A stretch of 64,000 nucleotides of DNA from an uncultured delta proteobacterium (GTDB taxonomy: Bacteria > Desulfobacterota > Binatia > UBA9968). Below are positions 50,884-61,751 of the stretch, one piece after another (the stretch's first letter is position 1; the number at the start of each line of letters is the position of its first letter). The DNA lies in contig CAWFJP010000011.1 of the NCBI GenBank assembly GCA_963816145.1, positions 416,001 to 480,000 of the forward strand, given 5' to 3'. A model generated the notes under the pieces. That model had not been told where the DNA came from and did no database searches. It was given only the letters and a program-made list of their open reading frames with translations. Made by a program: the position numbers and the translations under genes.

Positions 50884-51413
50884 AGATTCGACGATTACGG
50901 CGTTATTTGTGGTTTGCGGCACTATTGGGGTCAGTTTGGATACCCGGCTGCACGCCCTTAAGCGGGGGACCGGATACGCTCGTTCCCGAGGGTAAAAAAC
51001 CAACCGGGCCCTTCGAGCAAAGCAATGCGTTATTTTCCCACGGACAATACGAGGCCGCCTACAACGAAAACCAAAAAATACTTCAGGAAGGTCGGGGCGC
51101 GCCCGACGTGGCACTGTTCAACATGGGAATGATTTCAGCCCATTCGGCAAATCCCAAAAAAAATTATCCACGTGCCCTTGCAGCGTTTCGCACACTCGTC
51201 GTGGAGTATCCTCAGAGTCCGATGATCGAACCTGCCAAGACTTGGATTCAAGTTCTTGAGGAGTATCAAAAACTGGCCGATGAGAAGCGTGTCCTGATGA
51301 GGGAACGAGAAGCGTTGGGGCAAGAAAAGGACAAGCTCAGGTTTAGCGTCGAGAGGTCACGGCAGGTCGATGTCGATATCGAAAAAAGAAGGCGGGATGC
51401 TTTGCGAAAATAG
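50880..51413 (+). CDS. TPR-containing lipoprotein with coiled-coil tail
   Basis: Lipobox-like IPGC; ALFNMG..KNYPRALAAFRTLVVEYPQSP. Confidence 0.7.
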   Translation: MKIRRLRRYLWFAALLGSVWIPGCTPLSGGPDTLVPEGKKPTGPFEQSNALFSHGQYEAAYNENQKILQEGRGAPDVALFNMGMISAHSANPKKNYPRALAAFRTLVVEYPQSPMIEPAKTWIQVLEEYQKLADEKRVLMREREALGQEKDKLRFSVERSRQVDVDIEKRRRDALRK

Positions 51414-51595
51414 CCATGGGGTGATTATTCTCGCCGATTTAGCAGATTTGCGGATCGAGGCTAAGTCCTGACTGGTTCTTCTTGTCGATTAACTGCGCCT
51501 GCGCACTCAGAATCGGTCAGATCTCCTCTGCCCGGTACGCGAAAGACTTTTTCCTAGAGTTGGCATACTTCAACGCAGTTTGGTGGGCTCACGCT

Positions 51596-52303
51596 TCATC
51601 CTAACCGCAACAGCCGGCCAAAGCCCGGGATAGAGTCGCGCATACCCATTCCATGCAGCGCCTCCCGGGTCCACGCCTGGGTGTTGGTGACCACCGGTTT
51701 GCCGCTCTCCTTCTCGATCCGCTCGATGACTGAAACCGTGCGCCACTTATTGCATGGCATGTAGACACCGTCGACATCGGGATGTTCGCGCAAGAGCGCC
51801 ATCGACAAATCGTAACCGGTCTCCGGCGCCAACTGCCAAATCACGTTGGCGTTGGGACAGCCCAAGCCGCGAAACGCGACGACCTCGATACCGTCGTGGG
51901 CGAGGAATTTGACCAGCCGCTCGTCTTGGTCCTCGGGAAACGGCGAAGCCATCACCACACGCTTGAGTCCCAGCGCGCGGCAACCGCGCGTCACTGCGGT
52001 CAAAACCGTCGAAGCCGGCGTCGGCGTGATCTGTTTGACCAGTCCAAGGATCTCGCGATCCGAACCCGGTCCTTTGTACGAAAGAAACAGCTCGCCAGTC
52101 ACCATCAAAAAATCCAACGGCTGCTTGACCAAGTCGTGCACGAGTCCTTGGAACATTAATTCTGCTCGGTGAAACTCGTCGTCGGTGTACTTGCCGACAT
52201 GTAACGTCCGTGCTTCGATGCGAATGTCCTTGGGAAAGATCTTGTAAACATCCGCCAAAGTCTCTTCACTCGAATTCGGTGAAATCAGTCCGATCAGTTT
52301 CAT
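51596..52303 (-). CDS. Asp/Glu racemase superfamily protein (arylmalonate decarboxylase/maleate isomerase-like)
   Basis: IGLISP, ALGLKRVVMASPF, DGVYMPC, IEKESGKPVVTNTQA, PGFGRLL; start may be further upstream (ORF to 52366). Confidence 0.82.
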   Translation of the reverse strand: MKLIGLISPNSSEETLADVYKIFPKDIRIEARTLHVGKYTDDEFHRAELMFQGLVHDLVKQPLDFLMVTGELFLSYKGPGSDREILGLVKQITPTPASTVLTAVTRGCRALGLKRVVMASPFPEDQDERLVKFLAHDGIEVVAFRGLGCPNANVIWQLAPETGYDLSMALLREHPDVDGVYMPCNKWRTVSVIERIEKESGKPVVTNTQAWTREALHGMGMRDSIPGFGRLLRLG

Positions 52304-52362
52304 TATTGGCCTCCCGGGTTTGCCTCGCCGTTCGGCGTGATGATTTTTGTTGCTTGCCATGC

Positions 52363-53259
52363 TCACACCAGATTCCGTGTCACATCGTCGAACAAATCGT
52401 CCAAGGGGATCTGCGTTGGAATCAATCCTTGCTGTGTCGAATAGCCAATGATCAGCTCCAGGCTGCGCCGAATGTTCGCCAAACCGAATTGTAGAGGATC
52501 GAGCGAAGTTCCTACCGGCGGCATCGCCAGCTTACTTTCGCGAACCAGCCGGAAGACTTCCTTCACCGCGGATGGATTTGCTTTCGCCAGTGACCCTTTG
52601 ACCACCAGCATGTGATTGATCGGCAACGCGCGGTGTTTTTTGCACCATGCTAGGGCGGCGTCATTGGGATTGGCGATCACTGGCTGCAACCGCAAATCTT
52701 TGAGATCGGCACCGCCGACCACACCGGCGTCGATCTCGCCGTCGATGAGCATTTGCACAATCGACTTGCCGGCGGGCGCGCGAACAGCGGTCGGCGGATC
52801 GGAATATTCAGCGACGTGGGGGTCTTCGAAAGTCACCCACTGAATACCGTCCAAATCCACGCCGTGATCATTCTGTAAAACACCGCGAACCCACGCAGCG
52901 GTGGTCACCGAGTAAGCGCGAATGCCAACGCGCTTGCCCTTGAGATCCGCAGGTGAAATCCGGCGGCGCTCGGCATTGTAAACCAGAAACGGATGCGGCA
53001 ACGCGCCGACCACCACCGCGGGCAACAACACCAGCGGTTTACCATGCACCTTCGCCTGCAAGAAAGTAACGATCGCCAACTCGGCAACGTCGTACTTTAA
53101 ATGGCGCACGACATCCTTGAACGCCGTATTTGGCACCTTCACATCGGCGAAATCGAATGCGACGCTGGCCGAGCGAATCTCGCCGCTCTTGAGCGCCTTG
53201 GTGTTAGGGTAATCGCCGAGCAAGGTGGGCAAACGTAAAACATTCTCTTCGTGAATCAT
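52363..53259 (-). CDS. 4,5-dihydroxyphthalate decarboxylase-like (OphC-like) protein
   Basis: LGDYPNTKALKSG, YDVAELAIVTFLQA, DLKGKRVGIRAYSVTTAAWVRG, PINHMLVV. Confidence 0.72.
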   Translation of the reverse strand: MIHEENVLRLPTLLGDYPNTKALKSGEIRSASVAFDFADVKVPNTAFKDVVRHLKYDVAELAIVTFLQAKVHGKPLVLLPAVVVGALPHPFLVYNAERRRISPADLKGKRVGIRAYSVTTAAWVRGVLQNDHGVDLDGIQWVTFEDPHVAEYSDPPTAVRAPAGKSIVQMLIDGEIDAGVVGGADLKDLRLQPVIANPNDAALAWCKKHRALPINHMLVVKGSLAKANPSAVKEVFRLVRESKLAMPPVGTSLDPLQFGLANIRRSLELIIGYSTQQGLIPTQIPLDDLFDDVTRNLV

Positions 53260-53269
53260 AAACTCTTCC

Positions 53270-53310
53270 TTTCCGAACTTTGCGCCTTGGCGCCTTTGCG
53301 GGAGAAATTT
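53270..53310. repeat. Half copy of the CTTTGCGCCTTGGCGCCTTTGCG repeat family
   Basis: aactttgcgccttggcgcctttgcgggagaaa; related copies near 19990-20015, 36450-36472 and 60589-60670. Confidence 0.65.
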
Positions 53311-53410
53311 CCACGCTGCTTTCGACAGTCGTAACACTGCGGCTTCACGCGGGCAATCGAATTGACAGTTCGGAAGCCAGCGTAATATACCGAGCATGGA
53401 GGAAGTCTCT

Positions 53411-54886
53411 ATGTCAGCCAACGATTCCAAATCCGCCAAAGTCCGAGCGCGGCTCAATCACCCGATCATCGACACCGACGGCCACACCGTCGAACTCACG
53501 CCTGTCTATTTCGATTACCTCAAGGAGATCGGCGGCGCCGGCATGATCGAGCGCTACAAAAAGGCCGTCGGCAGCCGGGCCAACAACCGCTGGATGGAAC
53601 TGACCGACGACGAGCGCCGCCACACCCGCGCGACCTGTCCGCCCTGGTGGGCGCGACCGGCGAAAAATACCTTCGACCGCGCCACTGCATCGCTGCCGCG
53701 CTTGCTGTACCAGCGCATGGATGAGCTGGGCATGGACTTCACCGTTCTCTATCCGACCTTCGGTCTCACCGAACCGCCGCGCATCGAAGAGGAAGAAGTG
53801 CGCCGGGTGGCGTGCCGCGCCTTGAATGCTTTCCACTCGGACATCTATCGCGACTACGCTGATCGCATGACACCGGTGGCGGTGATCCCGGTGCACACGC
53901 CGCAAGAAGGCATCGAAGAGTTAACCTACGCGGTCCAACACCAGGGTTTCAAAGCCACGGTGATCTCTCATGTGCAACGGCCGGTGCCGAAAATGTTGCA
54001 GGAGTACCCAGAGCTGGCCGCCAACATGCCCTATCTCGATCTGCTCGCTCTCGACAGCGAATATGACTATGATCCGTTCTGGGCCAAATGCGTCGAACTC
54101 AAAGTTGCCGTCACCACCCACGCCACCGGCCAAGGCTGGGGTAGCCGCCGCTCGGTGTCGAATTATATGTTCAATCACATCGGCCACTTCGGCGCCGCCG
54201 GCGAAGCGATGTGCAAAGCGCTGTTTTTCGGCGGCGTGACGCGGCGCTTTCCCAATTTGAATTTCGCTTTTCTCGAGGGCGGAGTGCACTGGGCCTGCGG
54301 CGTCTACTCCGACATCGTCGGCCACTGGAAAAAGCGCAACGCCAAAGCGATCCACGATCTCGATCCCGCCAATATGGATCGCGACCTCATGCGCCGGCTG
54401 ATCCAGGAGCATGGAAATGCCAAAATGACCGCCAAGGTCGACGACATCATGCAATGGCTGAACCAGCCGCAGCGCCATCCGAAGAATCTTGACGACTGGT
54501 CGGCATGCCGGGCAGAGAAGCTGGAAGATCTGCGCGATCTATTCGTGCCGAATTTTTACTTTGGCTGCGAAGCCGACGACCCGATGGTGACTTGGGCTTT
54601 TAACGCGAAAACCAATCCCATGGGCGCCAAATTGAAAGCGATGATGAGTTCCGACATCGGCCATTGGGATGTCACCGATATGAACGAAGTCGTCGAGGAA
54701 GCCCACGAACTGGTTGACGATGGCTTGATCACCGAGGACGATTTCCGCGACTATACGTTTACCAACGCGGCCTCACTGTACGCCGGGATGAATCCCGATT
54801 TCTTCAAAGCCACCATATGTGAAACCGCTGTGGCGCGGATGTTAAAAAGCCAGGCTTCGAAGTTGCCGCAAGGGGCTCCAGCATGA
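53411..54886 (+). CDS. Amidohydrolase family protein
   Basis: HPIIDTDGH, YDPFWAKCVEL, NHIGHF, FAFLEGG, YFGCEADD, SSDIGHWD. Confidence 0.88.
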   Translation: MSANDSKSAKVRARLNHPIIDTDGHTVELTPVYFDYLKEIGGAGMIERYKKAVGSRANNRWMELTDDERRHTRATCPPWWARPAKNTFDRATASLPRLLYQRMDELGMDFTVLYPTFGLTEPPRIEEEEVRRVACRALNAFHSDIYRDYADRMTPVAVIPVHTPQEGIEELTYAVQHQGFKATVISHVQRPVPKMLQEYPELAANMPYLDLLALDSEYDYDPFWAKCVELKVAVTTHATGQGWGSRRSVSNYMFNHIGHFGAAGEAMCKALFFGGVTRRFPNLNFAFLEGGVHWACGVYSDIVGHWKKRNAKAIHDLDPANMDRDLMRRLIQEHGNAKMTAKVDDIMQWLNQPQRHPKNLDDWSACRAEKLEDLRDLFVPNFYFGCEADDPMVTWAFNAKTNPMGAKLKAMMSSDIGHWDVTDMNEVVEEAHELVDDGLITEDDFRDYTFTNAASLYAGMNPDFFKATICETAVARMLKSQASKLPQGAPA

Positions 54887-55950
54887 AACGGTGCATCTGG
54901 CTATCCATCATTGCTTCATTGCTGCTTTTCGCGAGCGACCTGCGCGCGCAGAAAAGCCCGGAAGATCTGCTCGAAGAAATCAACCGGCTTCCTGCCAGCG
55001 ATCGGCAGCGCCGTTTAGAGGATGGCGCGAAAAAGGAACGCGAAGTGGTCTGGTACTCGACGATGAATCGCGAGGATTCGAACGAGCTGATTCGCGCCTT
55101 TGAGACCAACTATCCCTATGTCAAAGTGAACTTCGTCACCGCCGGTGGACCGAAAACGTTGAATCGCATCACTGCCGAGTACCGCGCCGGCGCTTATCTC
55201 TACGACGCCACCGGCTACCGCGCGACTTTTCTCACGCCCACTCGCAAAGCCGGCGTCATCATGCGCTACCGCACGCCGCTGCGGGAATTTCTCCGCCCTG
55301 GCTTTGTCGATCAAGAGGGATACTTCAACGCCACGTTCACGCGCGCTTTCATGTTCATCGTCAACAAGAATCTGGTCGCCGCCAAGGATTACCCGAAATC
55401 GTTTGCCAATCTGCTCGAGCCTAAATGGAAGGGCACGCTCGCCATGGACAACGAGTCCTACGATCTCCTCGCCGCGATGCTCGATCATTACGGCGACAGC
55501 GAAGGGCGGCGCATGGCCGAAGCGTTGGGTAAACAAGAGCCGAGTTTTCGCCGCGGCACGACATTGGTCGGTCAACTAGTCGCCGCCGGAGAATTTCCCG
55601 TCATGGTCGACGGCTCGAATCACTTGGCCTACGAGTTAAAAAGGAAAGGCGCGCCGATTGAATACCTGTTTCCCGAGCCGTTCATCCCGGTGATGATTCC
55701 CCAGGGTTTTTGGGTCGCCGCTCGCCCGCCCCACCCGCACACTGCGGCGCTTTTTGTCGACTTCATGCTGTCGAAGAAAGGGCAAGAGATCATGGCCAAC
55801 CAGGGCCGCTGGGTAAGCCGCAAAGACGTCAAGTATCAAGTCGATCCAGGACAGCGTAAACTCCAAGTCGTGTCCCAAGAGAAATGGGGCGAGCGAACCA
55901 CTGAACTGGTTCAGCTCTACAACCGGCTGATCATGCGCGAGGCAAAATAA
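54883..55950 (+). CDS. Extracellular solute-binding protein (Fe3+-type fold)
   Basis: [48 protein letters not shown]. Confidence 0.85.
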   Translation: MKRCIWLSIIASLLLFASDLRAQKSPEDLLEEINRLPASDRQRRLEDGAKKEREVVWYSTMNREDSNELIRAFETNYPYVKVNFVTAGGPKTLNRITAEYRAGAYLYDATGYRATFLTPTRKAGVIMRYRTPLREFLRPGFVDQEGYFNATFTRAFMFIVNKNLVAAKDYPKSFANLLEPKWKGTLAMDNESYDLLAAMLDHYGDSEGRRMAEALGKQEPSFRRGTTLVGQLVAAGEFPVMVDGSNHLAYELKRKGAPIEYLFPEPFIPVMIPQGFWVAARPPHPHTAALFVDFMLSKKGQEIMANQGRWVSRKDVKYQVDPGQRKLQVVSQEKWGERTTELVQLYNRLIMREAK

Positions 55951-55952
55951 TT

Positions 55953-56747
55953 ATGACCATCCGCAAAGCCCTCACCATCGCGGGCTCGGACTCCGGCGCC
56001 GGCGCCGGCATCCAAGCCGATCTGAAAACTTTCGCCGCCCATGGCGTCTACGGCACCTCGGCGATCACCGCGATTACGGCACAGAACACCATCGGCGTCA
56101 GCGCAGTCATGGCGCTCAAACCCAAACTGGTCGGCGCGCAGATCGACGCGATTCTTGCCGACATCGGCGCCCATGCGGTGAAAACCGGCATGCTCGCCAA
56201 CGCCGCGATCATCGAACTGGTGGCGCGGAAAATCGCCGAGCATCGCTTGAAAAATATCGTCGTCGATCCGGTGATGATGGCGACATCGGGCGATTTGCTG
56301 ATTCAGAAAAGCGCCGTCACGCTGCTGCGCGGCAAACTAATGCCGTTAGCGACCGTCGTCACCCCTAACATTCCCGAGGCCGAAGTCCTCACTGGTATGA
56401 AGCTTCGAACCGCGGAGGAAATCAAGGAAGCGGCGCGGCGAATCGTTAAGATGGGGGCAAAAACTGTTCTCGTCAAAGGCGGTCACCTCAAAGGTCCGGC
56501 GACGGATCTTTTTTTCGACGGCAAGACATTTACCGCGCTCAAAGCCCCGCGAATTCGAACCAACAACACCCATGGCACCGGCTGCACGCTCTCCGCCGCC
56601 ATCGCGGCTAATCTCGCCAAAGGCCAGAAGGTCGCAACCGCTGTTGCAAACGCCAAACGCTATATCACCGGCGCGTTGCGCCACAGCTATCGCATCGGTT
56701 CAGGTCACAGCCCGGTGCATCATTTTTATAAAATTTGGAAAGCGTAA
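55953..56747 (+). CDS. thiD: Hydroxymethylpyrimidine/phosphomethylpyrimidine kinase
   Basis: [46 protein letters not shown]. Confidence 0.95.
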   Translation: MTIRKALTIAGSDSGAGAGIQADLKTFAAHGVYGTSAITAITAQNTIGVSAVMALKPKLVGAQIDAILADIGAHAVKTGMLANAAIIELVARKIAEHRLKNIVVDPVMMATSGDLLIQKSAVTLLRGKLMPLATVVTPNIPEAEVLTGMKLRTAEEIKEAARRIVKMGAKTVLVKGGHLKGPATDLFFDGKTFTALKAPRIRTNNTHGTGCTLSAAIAANLAKGQKVATAVANAKRYITGALRHSYRIGSGHSPVHHFYKIWKA

Positions 56748-56810
56748 CAGGCGATTCTCAGCTTGCCAAAATTTGAAATCTGAAATTTGGAATGAATCGC
56801 GCCAGCGAGG

Positions 56811-57566
56811 TCATTTGCCGCCAAGCTGCATGTCGGCGACGATGGCGCGGGCGGCGGCTACCGGATCTTTGGCTTCGATGATCGGCCGGCCGACGACGAT
56901 GTAGTCGACGCCGCCGCGCACGGCTTCTTGCGGCGTCATGACGCGCTGTTGGTCGTTGCGACTGCCATCTGACGGGCGAATCCCCGGCGTGACGATAACA
57001 AACCGCCTGCCGCAGGCCTCGCGGATGTCCGCCACTTCGTGCGGCGAGGCGACCACGCCGTCCATGCCGGCTTCTTTCGTAAGCAAAGCCAAACGCACCA
57101 CTTGATCGGCGACCTTGCGCTCGACGCCGACGCGCTCGAGATCGTCCTGGTTCAAGCTCGTCAGCACGGTGACCGCCAGCATGATCGGCTTGCGCAGATT
57201 TTGCTGGCGGCACACCCGCTTCACTTCCTTGACGGTCATGCGCATCATTTCAAGGCTGCCCGAAGCGTGCACGTTGAACATCTTGACACCGAGCCGGGTC
57301 GCTTCGATGGCCGCTTTCGCGACCGTATTGGGAATGTCGTGAAACTTGAGGTCGAGAAAAATTTCTCCGCCCAGTTCTTGAATCTGCCGCACCGCCTGCG
57401 GTCCGGCGTGGGTGAACAGCTGCTTGCCGATCTTGAACATACCGACTTCGCCGGCGAGCTGCCGCACTAAGTCGGTGGCTTGTTCGGAGCTGTCGACGTC
57501 AAGGGCGACGATCAATCGCTCGCGCATGGAACCCTGCTTACGTACCAGCTCGAGCTTCGAGGTCAT
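56811..57566 (-). CDS. pyrF: Orotidine-5'-phosphate decarboxylase
   Basis: LIVALD, FLDLKFHDIPNTV, AVTVLTS, VTPGIRP, IVVGRPI. Confidence 0.96.
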   Translation of the reverse strand: MTSKLELVRKQGSMRERLIVALDVDSSEQATDLVRQLAGEVGMFKIGKQLFTHAGPQAVRQIQELGGEIFLDLKFHDIPNTVAKAAIEATRLGVKMFNVHASGSLEMMRMTVKEVKRVCRQQNLRKPIMLAVTVLTSLNQDDLERVGVERKVADQVVRLALLTKEAGMDGVVASPHEVADIREACGRRFVIVTPGIRPSDGSRNDQQRVMTPQEAVRGGVDYIVVGRPIIEAKDPVAAARAIVADMQLGGK

Positions 57567-57569
57567 CGT

Positions 57570-59297
<1,728 letters not shown>

Positions 59298-59342
59298 AGT
59301 AACTCGATGGCAAACTGGAATTGGCGAACGAGAACGAAAAGA

Positions 59343-60437
59343 TCAGTTGGCCGCCGCCGAGGCCTCAGCGGCTTTTTCCGCGGCGAATTTTTCGACTTCT
59401 TCCATCAGCGCGTCGACGATTTGCGCTTCGGGAACTTTGCGAATCACTTCACCGCGCTTGAAGATGAGACCGATGCCCTTGCCGCCGGCGACACCGAGAT
59501 CCGCCGCCCGCGCTTCGCCCGGACCGTTGACTTCGCAACCCATGACGGCAACGTGAATGTTATGATTGCTGTACGGCAGCATGCGCTCTTCCACGGCTTT
59601 CGCCAGCGACACCAGATCGACATCGGCGCGACCGCAGGAAGGACAGGCGACGAAGGTCATACCGTCCTTGCGCAGCTTGAGTGCTTTGAGAATTTCCAAT
59701 CCGACGCGCACTTCTTCGACCGGATCGGCGGCCAGCGACACGCGAATGGTATCGCCGATGCCTTCAGCCAAGAGCGTTCCTAAGCCCACGGCGGATTTGA
59801 TCGTGCCAATACCGGGAGTCCCCGCTTCGGTCACGCCGAGATGAAAAGCGTAGTTCACCTGATCGGCGAGCATGCGATAGGCCTCGATCATCATCAGCGG
59901 ATCGGAAGCCTTGAGCGAAATCTTGATCTCGGGATAACCGACATCTTCGAGGATATGAATATGGCGCAGCCCGCTCTCCACCATGCCCGCCGCCGTCGGG
60001 CCGTTGTACTTTTGCAATAAATCTTTTTCCAGCGAACCGGCGTTAACCCCGATGCGGATCGGAATCTTGCGCTCCGAGGCCGCCTTGACCACTTCTTCGA
60101 CGTACTTGCGCGCGCCGATATTGCCGGGATTGAGCCGCAGACCGTCGACGCCCTGCGCGATGGCGATGAGCGCAAGCTTGTAATTGAAATGGATGTCGGC
60201 GACTAAGGGTATGCGGATTTTTTTCTTGATCTCGCCCAGCTGCTCCGCCGCTTCGCGCACCGGCACGGCGCAGCGGACGATTTCGCAGCCGGCCGCTTCC
60301 AAAGACCATATCTGCTGCACGGTTGCGCGTACGTCACGGGTATCGGTTTTGGTCATCGACTGGACGGTGATCGGCGCGTCGCCTCCGACTTTCACCTTGC
60401 CCAGCTGAATTTGCCTAGTCTTGCGCCGTTCAATCAT
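59343..60437 (-). CDS. ispG: 4-hydroxy-3-methylbut-2-en-1-yl diphosphate synthase
   Basis: VQSMT, PLVADIHF, RLNPGNIG, HLGVTEAG, GIGDTIRVSL, CPSCGR, MGCEVNGPGE. Confidence 0.97.
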   Translation of the reverse strand: MIERRKTRQIQLGKVKVGGDAPITVQSMTKTDTRDVRATVQQIWSLEAAGCEIVRCAVPVREAAEQLGEIKKKIRIPLVADIHFNYKLALIAIAQGVDGLRLNPGNIGARKYVEEVVKAASERKIPIRIGVNAGSLEKDLLQKYNGPTAAGMVESGLRHIHILEDVGYPEIKISLKASDPLMMIEAYRMLADQVNYAFHLGVTEAGTPGIGTIKSAVGLGTLLAEGIGDTIRVSLAADPVEEVRVGLEILKALKLRKDGMTFVACPSCGRADVDLVSLAKAVEERMLPYSNHNIHVAVMGCEVNGPGEARAADLGVAGGKGIGLIFKRGEVIRKVPEAQIVDALMEEVEKFAAEKAAEASAAAN

Positions 60438-60588
60438 GGCCCAACTATAGAGAACCGAATCATTGGGGTCAACTTAGACAATTTCCTGACCGAAAAGTCT
60501 CTTCTTATCCTTGCCGGATGGGCTGTAATCGTCGTCGGCTTTGCCCGCACAAAATTTCTCAGCCGGAGCGTTTCGGATTCGGATATGG

Positions 60589-60675
60589 CTCGCGCAAAGG
60601 ACGCCAAGATCGCAAAGTTGGGAATTTACTTTTCTGTTCCTTCGCGGCCTTAGCGTGCTGTGCGCGGGATATTCG
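60589..60675. repeat. REP-like inverted repeat (CGCAAAG family)
   Basis: ctcgcgcaaaggacgccaagatcgcaaag...ccttcgcggccttagcgtgctgtgcgcggg. Confidence 0.6.
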
Positions 60676-60700
60676 GAATTCCGCTTGCGCCTGCGCTAGG

Positions 60701-61735
60701 TTATACATCACTGTCATCTTCCTCTGGCCGCGGCGGGTTAGGCCGTCCGCCTCGCTGCGTTCGTCCGCCGTCGCGATCTTGCGCTGCTGCATTGTTTTCT
60801 TCCCTAATTTTCCGATCGCCCTCGGGAATGATCAGCAGCCGCCGATAGGCGCCTTGCCCAAGACTGCGCGTGGTTAACCATGGGTCGTCTTGTAATGCCG
60901 CATGCACGATTTTCCGGTCCGCGGCGCTAAGCGCGTCGATGGTCACGGTTTTGCGCTGACGTTTGGCCTTTTCGCCCAAGCGCAGCGCCATGTCTTGCAG
61001 GGTCTGCCGCCGCCGTTCGTGATAATTCTCGATATCGATGACGATATGCGGCGCTTCGTTGCCAGGCCGTTCGCCGGCGATGCGGCTGACCAGGTATTGC
61101 AACGCTTCTAGTGTTTGGCCTTTGCGACCGATGATCAAGCCGCTGTTGTCGCTCTTGACCTCAAGAATCGTTTCATCGGCGTCGACGCCGGCTTTCTGTT
61201 CCACCGACGCGTTCATGCCCATCAGGTTGAGAATCTCCGCCAGCGCCACCTTGGCCTTCTCGACCATCGCCGCCACTTCAGCTGATGTCGGCGGGGGCGG
61301 CGCATCGACCGGCCGCGTTTCCGCCTGTGGCCGCGGCGCCACCGAGGGACGCGGTGCGGCATCCACATGGGGCTCGGGTCTAGGGCGATCGGAAGTGCGC
61401 GGCCTCGATTCCTGCGCTTTGGCTCTGGGCTCGGGTCTCGGCGGTTCCGGCCGGCGCGGTTCAGGTGCACGCCGCTCCGGCGGCCGCGGGCGCGGTTCCG
61501 CCGCTCTTGTCGGGGCTTGCACAGCCTGCGGTTTGGCCGGTGCGGCATCGGGTTCGATATTTAGTTTGCGTAACGAGGCGCGAATCTTTGCTTTCTGCGC
61601 GCCGAATCCAAGTATTCCTTTGCGCCCTTCGGAAATAATCTCGACCGTGATCTTTTCGCGCCCCACGCCGAGCGCTTTGAGCGCGTTTTCGATGGCGGTG
61701 TCAATGTTATCGCCTTCGGTTTCGACGAAATCCAT
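60701..61735 (-). CDS. jag: RNA-binding protein Jag/KhpB/EloR (Jag_N, KH, R3H)
   Basis: GRKGILGFG, GLIIGRKGQTLEALQYL, DRKIVHAAL; Pro/Arg-rich linker; follows yidC. Confidence 0.92.
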   Translation of the reverse strand: MDFVETEGDNIDTAIENALKALGVGREKITVEIISEGRKGILGFGAQKAKIRASLRKLNIEPDAAPAKPQAVQAPTRAAEPRPRPPERRAPEPRRPEPPRPEPRAKAQESRPRTSDRPRPEPHVDAAPRPSVAPRPQAETRPVDAPPPPTSAEVAAMVEKAKVALAEILNLMGMNASVEQKAGVDADETILEVKSDNSGLIIGRKGQTLEALQYLVSRIAGERPGNEAPHIVIDIENYHERRRQTLQDMALRLGEKAKRQRKTVTIDALSAADRKIVHAALQDDPWLTTRSLGQGAYRRLLIIPEGDRKIREENNAAAQDRDGGRTQRGGRPNPPRPEEDDSDV

Positions 61736-61751
61736 AGCTGACCTTCCTCGG

